Shown here: one piece after another, positions 43,907-54,063 of the stretch
Layout: every line of letters starts with the position of its first letter
Position numbering within the stretch: position 1 is the stretch's first letter
NCBI GenBank assembly: GCA_965198315.1
Contig: OZ240616.1
Coordinates: 1,159,096 to 1,223,095 of the forward strand
Length of the DNA: 64,000 nt
Source of the DNA: Candidatus Aldehydirespiratoraceae bacterium
Lineage (GTDB): Bacteria; Actinomycetota; Acidimicrobiia; Acidimicrobiales; Aldehydirespiratoraceae
Reading direction: 5' to 3'
The notes under the pieces: model-generated
What the model was told of the DNA's origin: nothing
What the model saw: only the letters and a program-made list of their open reading frames with translations
Database searches by the model: none
Made by a program: the position numbers and the translations under genes

Positions 43907-45358
43907 ATGATGAACGACGAGGTGTTTGCCGGGCACGAAGCCCTCACCTTCGATGACCTGTTGGTCGTGCCTGGTTGGAGCGAAGTGCTTCCAGCCGATG
44001 TTGGTCTGTCCACGGTGCTGGCTGGGATTGAACTGCGAGTGCCGCTCATGTCCGCGGCGATGGACACAGTCACTGAGGCCCCCCTTGCAATCGCAATCGC
44101 GCGGGCCGGTGGAATTGGTGTGCTGCATCGAAACCTCACTGCCGCGGAGCAAGCCAACCAGGTCGAACGGGTGAAATTGGCCCAGGCCGGAATGATCGCG
44201 TCACCCGTCAGCCTTTCGCCTGAGGCCACGCTGAACGATGCCGAGGAGTTGATGGCGCGCCACAAGATCAGTGGAGTGCCGATATGCGAATCGGGCGGAC
44301 GCTTGGTCGGCATCTTGACCAACCGCGACGTCCGTTTCTGCACCGCAGACGAGTATTCGAAACCGGTCACCGACTTCATGACATCCGAACCGCTGGTGAC
44401 CGCCCCTGTCGGAACCGACCTGGACGAAGCAGTGGCGATCCTGCACCGCCACCGGATCGAGAAACTCCCCTTGGTTGACGACGACGGGATCCTTGGTGGC
44501 TTGATCACCGTTAAAGACATCGCCAAACGAATCGAGTATCCCGACAGCACTCTCGACGACGCGCGGCGGCTCAGGGTCGCCGCGGCGATCGGGGTCAATG
44601 ACACCGCCGAGAGGGCTGCGGCTCTGGTCGCTGCCGGCGTAGACATGCTGGTCGTCGATACTGCTCATGGGCACACCGCAGGAGTCGTCAACGCGGTGCG
44701 CACGATCAAAGCGAGCTGGCCTGAGGTGGTAGTAGTGGGCGGAAACGTTGTCACCGCTAGAGGAGTGGAGGTGTTGGTGTCTGCTGGTGTCGATGTCATC
44801 AAGGTTGGTGTCGGAGCGGGCAGCATCTGCACGACTCGGGTCGTCTCCGGTGCGGGTATGCCGCAGATGACTGCTATTCACGATTGTGTTCAGGTTGCCC
44901 GCGAGCTTTCGGTTCCCCTCATCGCTGACGGTGGAGTTGTTGCTTCGGGCGACATTGTCAAGGCCTTTGTTGCCGGTGCCGACTGCGTCATGCTCGGTAA
45001 CCTGCTGGCTGGAGTGGACGAGGCGCCAGGAGAGCTTGAACTCGTTGAGGGTGCGATGTGGAAGACGTATCGCGGTATGGGTTCGGCGGGTGCCATGCGC
45101 GGACGTGCCAGCGACCGTTACGGGAGCGGGCAAGGCGCGGGAAAGCATGTGGCGGAGGGAGTTGAAGCCCGTGTGCGTTACGCCGGGCCGCTCTCAGAGC
45201 TTGTCGGTCAGCTCACCGGTGGCTTGCGCTCCGGTATGGGTTACGCGGGCGCTGCCAACCTCGCTGACCTGCAACATCGCACACGCCTCGTGCGGATCAC
45301 CGGCGCCGGTCTGCGTGAGAGCCACCCCCACGACGTCGACATCCTCCGCGACGACTGA
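43907..45358 (+). CDS. guaB: IMP dehydrogenase
   Basis: ORF track 483 aa. [20 protein letters not shown] pair, [11 protein letters not shown] catalytic loop, GMGS..AM. Confidence 0.92.
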   Translation: MMNDEVFAGHEALTFDDLLVVPGWSEVLPADVGLSTVLAGIELRVPLMSAAMDTVTEAPLAIAIARAGGIGVLHRNLTAAEQANQVERVKLAQAGMIASPVSLSPEATLNDAEELMARHKISGVPICESGGRLVGILTNRDVRFCTADEYSKPVTDFMTSEPLVTAPVGTDLDEAVAILHRHRIEKLPLVDDDGILGGLITVKDIAKRIEYPDSTLDDARRLRVAAAIGVNDTAERAAALVAAGVDMLVVDTAHGHTAGVVNAVRTIKASWPEVVVVGGNVVTARGVEVLVSAGVDVIKVGVGAGSICTTRVVSGAGMPQMTAIHDCVQVARELSVPLIADGGVVASGDIVKAFVAGADCVMLGNLLAGVDEAPGELELVEGAMWKTYRGMGSAGAMRGRASDRYGSGQGAGKHVAEGVEARVRYAGPLSELVGQLTGGLRSGMGYAGAANLADLQHRTRLVRITGAGLRESHPHDVDILRDD

Positions 45359-45395
45359 TCCAAGTACCGGCTTCCAAGGCCCGGCTTCAGCTTGG

Positions 45396-48300
45396 TCAGC
45401 CTCGGGCGATGGCGTCCAAGATGTTGAGACGGGCGGCGCGGCGGGCCGGGACGATCGCCGCGGCGATACCCGCGATGGCGGCCGCGACCAGGTACAACAG
45501 CAGGTTCGTCACAGGGATATCGAGCGCGCGGATGAAATCGTCGGGCATGACCGAGACCGCGGCGCTGCCGAAAGCCGTTCCCAACAGGATGCCGAGCACG
45601 CCTCCGAACCCGGCGATTATCGCACCTTCGAAGAGCACCATCCGCAGCATCTGCTGGGTGGTCATACCGACGGCGCGTACAAGACCGAGTTCGCGGGTCC
45701 GTTCAAACACCGACAGAGCCAGGGTGATGGCGATTCCAAGCAGGGCGATCACGACCGAAACGCCCACCAGCACATTGATCACGATCAGGGCCTGATCGAT
45801 CTGGCTGGCCTGGCGATCCTGGAACTCGTCTCGGGTTTCGACGTTGAGCGTCGGATAGTCGTCGGTGAAGGTCCCCAACGCGGCGCGGGCCTGCTCTTCG
45901 TCGACTCCGTCGCTGATGTTGACGGAAATGAACTGGTCCTGGCTGGAGGGGAACTGATCGGCCCACATCTCCAAGGAGATGACCCGGTTTCCGTAGATGC
46001 TTGAATCGGTGAAGATCCCCGCCACGGTCACGGTCTCAAGGCTCAGGTCCGGGAACTCGATGTCGAACCTGGAACCGATGTCGAAGTCGTTGTCGTCGGC
46101 CATGTCCTCGTGGATCCAGATTGCGTTGCGATCGAGCAGCGACTCGTCGAGAGCAACGAAATCAGGATCGATGTGGCTGATCGAGGTGGCCATGTCGGTG
46201 GCCGAAGAGTCCCGTACGTCGTCGTCAAAGACAGTCCGGTATGCCTCGAACGCGAACCGGTACCGTACCACCGTGTCGACCTCGTCGAGTTGTTCGAGGT
46301 CATCGGCCAGCTTGGGGCTGAAAGATGAATCCGGACTGCCCCCGCCGCCACTCGGTGAGACGAACCAGTCGGAGGTGACCGACTCTTCGAGTACGTTGGC
46401 GAAGGTGGCTTTGAAGGAGGCCGCCACGACAGCAGCCGTGCTGACCAGAGCCAATCCGATCATCAGGGCCGCAGCTGCCGAAGCACTGCGCCTCGGGTTG
46501 CGGCCGGCATTCTCGCGGGCCATGCGGGCATTCGACTTGAGCGTGCGGGGCAGCCAACGGCGCAGCCAGACGACTACGGCCAACACCGCAGCCCCTATCG
46601 GGATAGAGACTACTGAAGCCCAGTCTGCGGTCAGGATCGCAACCAGACCGGTCAACACCATCACCGCGCCGATCGCTCCCACGAAGAACAGAACGACACC
46701 TGCTGCCACCCAACGGAGCTTCCAGCCCATGATGAACGCCGCGTCTACTCCTCGCACACCCACGATCACGACCAGCAGGGCCAACGGAATCAACGCCAGC
46801 GACCCGAGCAACCCGACGATTCCAGCACCGTCGAAATCACTCACCAGATCGATGAGCGAGAGGATCACCAAATACAGCGCGAGCAACGTGGCCCCGACCC
46901 CGGCCAGAGCAGTCAAGACGCCGGTGATCCCCAACAGGATCGCCAACGGCCAGCGCCCGATGTAGTTGCTCAGAGGGCGGGCCAGAATTGGGCTGATGCT
47001 GTTGACACCCAAGAAGATTGTGAGCGCGGCAAGACCCACCAGCGACAGAACGGCGACGATCCCCAAGTCGAGCAGAAGCGCAAGCATCATCATCACCAGG
47101 CCGAACCCGAGCGTTGCGTAGCGTCCCAGTGTCGGTGCCAGGCGTCGGACACCGAAGGCGTTGCCTACCGCTGCGACCGCGCCCAAGCCGAGGATGAGCT
47201 CCCAGTCGCTCAATTCGATGTCGATGACCATATCGATCCACGAACTGATGGTCTGCGGATTGGTGATAGTGACGATCGCAACGATCCACGAGGTCATGGT
47301 CACCAACCCGCCGATCACTAGGTGCGCCTCGGGGAGGTGACGAGACAAACGGGCGTCTTCACGAAGTGCTGCCATCGGGCTGATCCGACGGGCCCGCAAC
47401 GCCGGAGCGATTGCGCTCGCCATGGTCACACCGATCCCTACGGCGATGCCCCACACGAACGTTGATGGTTCGAGTAGAAGTTCATTACCGCTGGGACCGA
47501 AGTCGAATTGAGCCAGCAGCCAGCGCAGTCCCACACCGAAACCGATCCCCAGTCCTGTGCCGACCACGGTCGCGAAGATGCCAACCAGCAGGGCCTCACC
47601 CAGCAAGGCCACGGTGACCTGTGTCCCGCTTGCTCCGATAGCGCGCAACAGACCGAGTTCTCGGATTCGCTGACCGATCAGGATCGTGAAGACGTTGAAG
47701 ATCACAAAGGCCGAAACCGCCAAGATGATGAAGGCGAATACCAACATGAATGTTTGGAAGAAGCCGATGAACTCTTCGAACTCTTCGGTCTGTTCCTCAA
47801 CGAGTTGTTCACCGGTGACGAGTTCGACCCCAGCGGGTAGAGCGGCAGCTACCGAATCGGCTATCGCTTCTGAGTCTGCGCCGCGAGTCTCGAAGGTGAT
47901 CTGGTCATAGCCGGTTCCGAGGTTGATGACCTCGCGGGCGGTGGCTGTTTCGTAAGCGACGAGTTTCGCCCCGACGAGCGCGTTCTCGTCCGGTGACGCA
48001 TAGAAGAAAGTGCCTACCAGCTTGAAGTCCCCGGGTCCGGCCGGGTTGATGATGGTGTAGGTCTCGCCTACAACAAAGTTGCCGGCTTCGAATGCGTCGG
48101 TGTCGAGGGTGAACTCGCCGGGGCCTTGCGGGGGACGCCCCTGCTGGATGTACAACAGCGGGATGGAACTCTGATCGGGCCAATTGACACCGAGATTGGG
48201 CGCTGCGTTTGGTGTCTGGGCCTCACTGTCGCCGTCGATCGGTACAGAACCAAATTTGAATATCTGCGGTTGCACGCCGACAACGCCGTCGATGTCGTTG

Positions 48301-48551
48301 AGCAAGTCAACGATGTCGTCGTCGAGTGACGCACCGACGAGTTCCCGTTCGCCGAAATCGACTTCGGAGCGGACTGCGTACTCGGTGTTACCGTCGATGT
48401 CTTCGGCGATACTTCCAAAAGTTGCGCGCAACCCGTCGGTGAACACGAACACGCCGACGGTGAACATCACCCCGAGCGTCACCGCGGAACAGGTGAGCAG
48501 GAAGCGGAAGGGCTTGCCTGAGATGTTGCGTCGGATCAGCTTGAAGATCAT
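45396..48551 (-). CDS. FtsX/MacB-type ABC transporter permease, double FtsX domain, 1051 aa
   Basis: ORF track. N-terminal FRFLLTCSAVTLGVMF TM plus large extracytoplasmic domain. Two FtsX 4-TM modules (RIRELGLLRAIGAS, RTRELGLVRAVGMT) separated by extra TM helices and a second periplasmic domain. Confidence 0.85.
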   Translation of the reverse strand: MIFKLIRRNISGKPFRFLLTCSAVTLGVMFTVGVFVFTDGLRATFGSIAEDIDGNTEYAVRSEVDFGERELVGASLDDDIVDLLNDIDGVVGVQPQIFKFGSVPIDGDSEAQTPNAAPNLGVNWPDQSSIPLLYIQQGRPPQGPGEFTLDTDAFEAGNFVVGETYTIINPAGPGDFKLVGTFFYASPDENALVGAKLVAYETATAREVINLGTGYDQITFETRGADSEAIADSVAAALPAGVELVTGEQLVEEQTEEFEEFIGFFQTFMLVFAFIILAVSAFVIFNVFTILIGQRIRELGLLRAIGASGTQVTVALLGEALLVGIFATVVGTGLGIGFGVGLRWLLAQFDFGPSGNELLLEPSTFVWGIAVGIGVTMASAIAPALRARRISPMAALREDARLSRHLPEAHLVIGGLVTMTSWIVAIVTITNPQTISSWIDMVIDIELSDWELILGLGAVAAVGNAFGVRRLAPTLGRYATLGFGLVMMMLALLLDLGIVAVLSLVGLAALTIFLGVNSISPILARPLSNYIGRWPLAILLGITGVLTALAGVGATLLALYLVILSLIDLVSDFDGAGIVGLLGSLALIPLALLVVIVGVRGVDAAFIMGWKLRWVAAGVVLFFVGAIGAVMVLTGLVAILTADWASVVSIPIGAAVLAVVVWLRRWLPRTLKSNARMARENAGRNPRRSASAAAALMIGLALVSTAAVVAASFKATFANVLEESVTSDWFVSPSGGGGSPDSSFSPKLADDLEQLDEVDTVVRYRFAFEAYRTVFDDDVRDSSATDMATSISHIDPDFVALDESLLDRNAIWIHEDMADDNDFDIGSRFDIEFPDLSLETVTVAGIFTDSSIYGNRVISLEMWADQFPSSQDQFISVNISDGVDEEQARAALGTFTDDYPTLNVETRDEFQDRQASQIDQALIVINVLVGVSVVIALLGIAITLALSVFERTRELGLVRAVGMTTQQMLRMVLFEGAIIAGFGGVLGILLGTAFGSAAVSVMPDDFIRALDIPVTNLLLYLVAAAIAGIAAAIVPARRAARLNILDAIARG

Positions 48552-49294
48552 CAGTGAAGCTGCTTCATCTGGTCTAGAACCAGCTCGGCGGTCGGGTCGA
48601 GAAGTTCGTCGACGACCTTGCCGTCGGCCAGGAAGATCACCCGGTCTGCGAAGGCGGCGGCCAACGGATCGTGGGTGACCATGACAATGGTCTGGCCCAG
48701 ATTGTCGACTGCATCCCGCATGAACTGCAGAATCTCGTTTCCGGATGTGGAGTCCAGGTTGCCGGTGGGTTCGTCCGCGAAAATAATCTCGGGGCGGCTG
48801 GCCAGGGCGCGGCTCACTGCCACTCGCTGCTGCTGTCCACCGGACAGTTCGCTCGGAAGATGGCTCATCCGGTCGGCCAAGCCAACGGTGTTTATGACAT
48901 GGTCAAGCCATGCCTCGTCGGGGTCGCTCCCAGCGAGGTCCATGGGCAGAGTGATGTTCTCGAGCGCGGAGAGGGTCGGCACAAGATTGAAGGCTTGAAA
49001 AACGAACCCGACTTTGTCGCGGCGCAGCAGGGTCAGATCCCGTTCGCTCAAAGTCGACAGGTCGGTAGCGCCGATGTAGACCTGCCCACCGCTCAGCGTG
49101 TCGAGCCCCGCGAGGCAGTGCATGAGCGTGGATTTGCCCGAACCCGACGGGCCCATGATGGCGGTGAAGCGGCCCTGCTCGAAGTAGGCGTCGATGCCAT
49201 CGAGGGCTCGAACTTCGGTGTCGCCTTCGCCATAGATCTTGGTGGCTTCAACGGCGAGGGCCGCGGTGTTGACAGAATCGGGTGCATCGCTCAT
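48551..49294 (-). CDS. ABC transporter ATP-binding protein (MacB/LolD-like)
   Basis: 247 aa. [36 protein letters not shown]. 1-nt overlap with the permease start. Confidence 0.9.
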   Translation of the reverse strand: MSDAPDSVNTAALAVEATKIYGEGDTEVRALDGIDAYFEQGRFTAIMGPSGSGKSTLMHCLAGLDTLSGGQVYIGATDLSTLSERDLTLLRRDKVGFVFQAFNLVPTLSALENITLPMDLAGSDPDEAWLDHVINTVGLADRMSHLPSELSGGQQQRVAVSRALASRPEIIFADEPTGNLDSTSGNEILQFMRDAVDNLGQTIVMVTHDPLAAAFADRVIFLADGKVVDELLDPTAELVLDQMKQLH

Positions 49295-49456
49295 GAAAGC
49301 TCCGGTTCACTAGGGAGAGGATTCGCAAAGCTCCAAACGAGGCTATCGCTGCGCGTACTCCGAACTACTTGAGTTTGTGCGAGTTTCGGCGCGGAACGTG
49401 ACAGAGTGGTGCGATTCTGTGGGACTGGAATTGGATTGGACAATGAAGGAGCCGAA

Positions 49457-51067
49457 ATGCGCCCGGTGAAGATCGCCACATGGTCAGAGGTACCCGATCG
49501 CGAACCGGTTGGGGCGCTTGTCGACGGGGTCGACCTGGTTGTCGTTCGCTTCGACGACAACCACTCGGTGCTGTACGGGCGTTGCCTGCACCGCGGTGCG
49601 CTGATGGCTGACGGTCGAGTCAGCGGAGACAACCTCATCTGCGGACTCCACGGTTGGGACTATGTCTTTCATACCGGCGTGTCGAGCTACGACAATGCCG
49701 AGCGGCTCGCCAAGTTCGCGTCGTGGGTGGAGGGCGATGATCTGCTCGTTGATCTCGACGAGATCCAGGCGTGGACCAAGGAACATCCTCAACCCTTCGA
49801 CCGGGACGCCTACCAGGGCGCATTTCAAGATCCGCACGGAGACCCGGCCGAGCCACATGTCGGGTTGATAAGACGATTGGCCAACGAGGGGTTGGACTAT
49901 CTCGGTCACCACGGACCGGTCGTCTCGATGGGTGTCGAGCGGAACCTGCTGCCGAAATGGGACGACATCCAGTTCGTGACGGCGCAGTTGGCGCGCAAAC
50001 CCCAGCTCGACCATGTGGAGGTGGGCACCGAGGTGGTCATCGGTCCCAACGCCGCTGAACCGCTGCGCCTCGACATCCCGATGTTCGTAAGCGACATGAG
50101 CTTCGGGGCGCTCTCGGAGGAAGCGAAGGTGGCGCTCGCCCGTGGCGCAGAGATGGCAGGAACCGGGATCTGTTCGGGAGAGGGCGGGATGCTGCCCACC
50201 GAGAAGGCAGAGAATTCACGGTATTTCTACGAGCTGGCGAGCGGAAAGTTCGGTTGGTCGATCGACAAGGTCGCCGACGTGCAGGCCTTTCACTTCAAAC
50301 TCGGCCAGGGGGCCAAGACCGGGACCGGAGGACATCTGCCGGGCATCAAAGTCCAGGGCAAGATCGCCGAGGTGCGGGGCCTGGTGCCAGGCACCGACGC
50401 GATCTCCCCGTCCACGTTCGTCGAGTTCGACTGCGAAGACGACTACCGGCGCTTCGCCGACCAGGTCAGGGAGGTCTCCGGCGGCGTGCCGATCGGGGTG
50501 AAGATGTCGGCTCAACACATCGAGGACGACATCGACGCAGCGCTGCGGATCGGAGTCGACTACATAATCCTCGATGGCCGCGGCGGGGGCACCGGTGCTG
50601 CACCCGTGGTCTTCCGCGACCATATTTCGGTGCCGACGATCCCGGCGCTGGCACGGGCACGGCGCCACCTCGACTCCCGTGGTCGGCGCGACGTCACCCT
50701 GGTCGTCACCGGTGGGCTCAGAACCCACACAGACTTCGCCAAGGCTCTTGCGCTCGGCGCTGACGCGGTGGCAGTGTCGAACTCGGCCATGCAGGCGATC
50801 GGCTGTATCGGTATGCGTGCCTGCTCCACCAACAACTGCCCGGTGGGGATAGCCACCCAGAAACCGGAACTGCGGGCGCGCCTGCCAGTTCAGGAAGCAG
50901 CGCTTCGGCTTGAACGGTTCTTTGCTGCCAGCACCGAACTGATGGGTGTCCTGGCACGGGCCTGCGGGCACACCCATCTGCGCGAGTTCTGCACCGACGA
51001 TCTCACAACCTTCGACTCGAACATGGCCCAACTCACCGGAATCGCTTACGGAGGAGTAGCAAAGTGA
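49457..51067 (+). CDS. Rieske [2Fe-2S] domain fused to glutamate-synthase-related FMN/Fe-S domain protein
   Basis: ORF 49406..51067. ATG 49457 follows AAGGAG. Rieske C43-L-H45...C62-G-L-H65. GltS FMN-domain motifs FKLGQGAKTGTGGHLPG, ILDGRGGGTGAAP, CSTNNCPVGIATQ. Confidence 0.8.
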   Translation: MRPVKIATWSEVPDREPVGALVDGVDLVVVRFDDNHSVLYGRCLHRGALMADGRVSGDNLICGLHGWDYVFHTGVSSYDNAERLAKFASWVEGDDLLVDLDEIQAWTKEHPQPFDRDAYQGAFQDPHGDPAEPHVGLIRRLANEGLDYLGHHGPVVSMGVERNLLPKWDDIQFVTAQLARKPQLDHVEVGTEVVIGPNAAEPLRLDIPMFVSDMSFGALSEEAKVALARGAEMAGTGICSGEGGMLPTEKAENSRYFYELASGKFGWSIDKVADVQAFHFKLGQGAKTGTGGHLPGIKVQGKIAEVRGLVPGTDAISPSTFVEFDCEDDYRRFADQVREVSGGVPIGVKMSAQHIEDDIDAALRIGVDYIILDGRGGGTGAAPVVFRDHISVPTIPALARARRHLDSRGRRDVTLVVTGGLRTHTDFAKALALGADAVAVSNSAMQAIGCIGMRACSTNNCPVGIATQKPELRARLPVQEAALRLERFFAASTELMGVLARACGHTHLREFCTDDLTTFDSNMAQLTGIAYGGVAK

Positions 51068-53088
51068 ACGACCCGATCGCCGAGCAGCCATCTGTCTCCG
51101 AACCGGCACTGCCTGAAGAGGAGTACTCCTGGCATCGCCTCCTGGGCCTTGACGAATTACCGCAAGGCCGAGTCTCAACTGTCACCATCGACCATGAGAG
51201 CCTCTGCGTGACCCACACGTCCGAGGGCGGCTACGGCTGTCTGGCCAATGCCTGCCCGCATCAGGCCGGCCCGCTCGGCGAAGGGTCCATCGAGGGCGGA
51301 TGGCTCCGCTGTCCTTGGCACGGCTACGATTATTCGCCCAAGAACGGAATACCGCCGGGGTCCTTCTCTGACGCACCACCAGCCTTTCGGACTGAGGTTC
51401 GCGACGACGGGGTGTATGTCGCCCTGCCCCATCAGATGGCGCGGCCCCGAACCGTTTCTGACGTGATGGTCGAAACGATGGTCAACTGGGGCGTGACCCA
51501 TGTCTTCGGCATGGTCGGACACTCCAATCTCGGTTTCGCGGATGCTCTGCGCGCGGCTGAGGAACGTGGCGATCTTTCCTTCATCGGTATCCGTCATGAG
51601 GGTGCTGCCTCATTCGCGGCTACTGCCTACGGCAAGCTCACCGGCAAGCTTGCCGGTTGTTTCGCGATCGCGGGTCCAGGCTCGACGAACCTCATGACCG
51701 GGCTCTACGACGCCAAGACGGACCGCGCCCCGGTGCTCGCGGTCTGCGGTCAGGTTCCCAGCAAAGTCCGTGGTCGCGGCGCTTTTCAAGACACCGACCT
51801 CTCCGCCGCGTTCGCCGATGTAGCCCGCTACTCCCAGACAGTGCAGGCCACATCCGACCACGGTGAGCTGATGACTCTGGCGTGCAAGACGGCGTTGGTG
51901 GAGCGTGACGTGGCTCATCTGGTGCTGCCCGACGAAGTCCAGGTGCTTGCGGCCGGCGACAACGCCCGCGTGGGTTCCCCCAAGGGTCGCAGCGGAGATC
52001 GCCAGATCGGGCCTCCCGCAGAGTCGCTGAGCGCTGCGATCGAGGCGATTTCGGCTGCTGATCGGCCCCTGGTCATCATCGGCAACGGTGCCCGCGCCGG
52101 AATCATCGACATCGTCGCCTTCGCTGAGGCCATTGATGCACCGGTCGCCACCACCTTCAAAGCGAAGGGTCTGATCTCAGATCAGCATCGCTTGGCGGCG
52201 GGAGTGCTGGGTCGCTCCGGCACTCCTGTGGCGAGCTGGTTCATGAACGAGTCCGACATGATCGTGGCGTTCGGGGTGTCGTTCGCGAATCACACCGGAA
52301 TCGCCGATTACAAGCCGATCGTGCAGGTTGATTTCGATCCGATGGCTCTTGGCCGTTTCCATCCTGTCGCGGTTCCTGTTCAGGGCCATGTCGGGGTTGT
52401 CGCCAAAGCGCTGCTTGAGGGGCTTGAAGGGCTTGCCGGTGAAGGGGTGACCCGCCGTGGCGCCGCTGATGAAATTGCGCAGCGTTGGGCCATCTGGCGC
52501 AGCGAGAAAGCCAGCCGACGCCAGGACGATCATGGTGCAGGGATCAACGCCGCGGCTCTGTTCGATGCGCTCAGTGCTTGTGTCCCGGCGAACGCCATCA
52601 TGCCGGTCGATGTCGGCAACAACACCTACTCCTTCGGCCGCTACTTCGAAGTGCAGCAACAGACCGTGTTGATGTCGGGTTACCTCGGGTCGATCGGCTT
52701 CTCGTTGCCGGCCGCGATGGGCTGCTGGGCTGCCACGCAGAGCCAACCGGAGTACGCTGACCGCCCGGTCGTGTCTGTTTCTGGCGACGGAGGTTTCGGT
52801 CAGTACGCCATGGAGATGACCACTGCCGTCAAGTACGGCATGAACATCACCCACGTGCTGATGAACAACAGCGAGTTGGGCAAGATCTCCAAAGAACAGC
52901 GAGCGGCCGACTTCGACGTCTGGCAGACATCCCTGCACAACCCGGAGTTCGCCGCCTTTGCTGAACTGTGTGGAGCCAAGGGTATTCGTGCCACCGAGAT
53001 CGAGCAGTTGCCCTTCGCGATAGCTGAAGCCATCGCTCACCGGGGCCCCGCCCTAGTCGAAGTCATCACCGACGCGCTGCTTGTCTGA
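51064..53088 (+). CDS. Rieske [2Fe-2S] domain fused to thiamine-diphosphate enzyme (POX/ALS-like)
   Basis: ORF track 674 aa. GTGA overlap with the upstream stop. Rieske C64-P-H66...C83-P-W-H86. TPP N-terminal domain VFGMVGHSNLGF, IRHEGAA. TPP-binding GDGGFGQYAMEMTTAVKYGMNITHVLMNN. Confidence 0.8.
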   Translation: MNDPIAEQPSVSEPALPEEEYSWHRLLGLDELPQGRVSTVTIDHESLCVTHTSEGGYGCLANACPHQAGPLGEGSIEGGWLRCPWHGYDYSPKNGIPPGSFSDAPPAFRTEVRDDGVYVALPHQMARPRTVSDVMVETMVNWGVTHVFGMVGHSNLGFADALRAAEERGDLSFIGIRHEGAASFAATAYGKLTGKLAGCFAIAGPGSTNLMTGLYDAKTDRAPVLAVCGQVPSKVRGRGAFQDTDLSAAFADVARYSQTVQATSDHGELMTLACKTALVERDVAHLVLPDEVQVLAAGDNARVGSPKGRSGDRQIGPPAESLSAAIEAISAADRPLVIIGNGARAGIIDIVAFAEAIDAPVATTFKAKGLISDQHRLAAGVLGRSGTPVASWFMNESDMIVAFGVSFANHTGIADYKPIVQVDFDPMALGRFHPVAVPVQGHVGVVAKALLEGLEGLAGEGVTRRGAADEIAQRWAIWRSEKASRRQDDHGAGINAAALFDALSACVPANAIMPVDVGNNTYSFGRYFEVQQQTVLMSGYLGSIGFSLPAAMGCWAATQSQPEYADRPVVSVSGDGGFGQYAMEMTTAVKYGMNITHVLMNNSELGKISKEQRAADFDVWQTSLHNPEFAAFAELCGAKGIRATEIEQLPFAIAEAIAHRGPALVEVITDALLV

Positions 53089-53133
53089 ACGCCTCGGTGG
53101 TCTGCTGTCGAATCCAGTTATAGTGCGGCCTCA

Positions 53134-54063
53134 ATGAGCATCATCACGACGAGCGGCCTGACGATGCAGTTCGGGGCACAGCGTGCCCTCGACTCGCTCG
53201 ATGTTGATGTACAGAGCGGCGTGACCGGCCTAGTGGGCGCCAACGGCGCAGGCAAGACCACACTGATGAGCCTGGTGCTGGGTCTGCGGGTGCCGACCGC
53301 AGGGCAGGCATGGGTGCTCGGGCACGATCCGCAGACCAACGGTGCGCAACTGCGTGCGCAGATCGGTTACGGGCCGGAGCGCAACGTCGTGCCCGAGGAC
53401 ATGCCCGCCTCGGACTTTGTGAAGCACATGGCTGAAGTACGAGGGATGCCCCGCAGCGAAGCCAGAGGCCGCGCCTCAGACGCCCTGTGGCTCGTCGGTC
53501 TGGGAGAGGAGCGCGCCCGGGCGCTGGGAACCATGTCCACCGGTCAACGCCAGCGGGTGAAGCTCGCCCAGGCCATCGCCTCGGATCCCGCTCTGCTGCT
53601 GTTGGACGAACCGACCGACGGCCTGGACCCGGTACAGCGCGATGAGATGCTCACACTGATCCGCCAGGTCAGCCGTGAATACGGAATCGATGTGGTGCTC
53701 TCATCGCACCTGCTCGAAGAGGTCGAACGGATCTGTGACCACATCGTGGCCCTCGACGCCGGCCAACTGGTCGCTCAGGGGCGGCTCACCGATCTCATCG
53801 GGGACGAACTGGGCGTGGTGGTCGAACTCGCAGAGATCGCAGACCAGCCCCATGCTTTCGACGACGTCGTGAACCAACTGTCGCAGTCCGGCCTCGAGGT
53901 CCGCCACGGCGAGGTGGAATCCCGCATGGAAGTAATCGGACCCGACGCTGATCTGGTCGCGGACCTGGTGCGTGACGCGGTCGCCGATGCAAACGCCAGA
54001 GTCGTCCGCATTGAACGTCGCCGGCGCCGCCTCGAAGACCTCTTCTCGTTGGGGACGTCATGA
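53134..54063 (+). CDS. ABC transporter ATP-binding protein (ABC-2 exporter type)
   Basis: 309 aa. GANGAGKTT, MSTGQRQRVKLAQA, LLLDEPTDGLD. Confidence 0.88.
   Translation: MSIITTSGLTMQFGAQRALDSLDVDVQSGVTGLVGANGAGKTTLMSLVLGLRVPTAGQAWVLGHDPQTNGAQLRAQIGYGPERNVVPEDMPASDFVKHMAEVRGMPRSEARGRASDALWLVGLGEERARALGTMSTGQRQRVKLAQAIASDPALLLLDEPTDGLDPVQRDEMLTLIRQVSREYGIDVVLSSHLLEEVERICDHIVALDAGQLVAQGRLTDLIGDELGVVVELAEIADQPHAFDDVVNQLSQSGLEVRHGEVESRMEVIGPDADLVADLVRDAVADANARVVRIERRRRRLEDLFSLGTS

Noticed and set aside
43897-45148. Long minus-strand ORFs (249 aa and 315 aa) across guaB. Similar antisense ORFs include 490..1161, 1254..1874, 22183..22908, 30345..31208, 32952..33749, 44886..46004, 45997..46965, 50216..51178, 52177..53040, 56071..56730 and 59948..60250.
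   Set aside because: They lie opposite genes with unmistakable family motifs. They have Arg/Ser/Pro/Ala-biased low-complexity composition and no motifs. These are typical stop-poor shadow frames of high-GC DNA.
45359-45395. Possible terminator between guaB and the FtsX permease (CCAAG...CTTGG, duplicated CCGGCTTC)
   Set aside because: The stem is only 5 bp with a long, unstructured loop, which is too weak to call.
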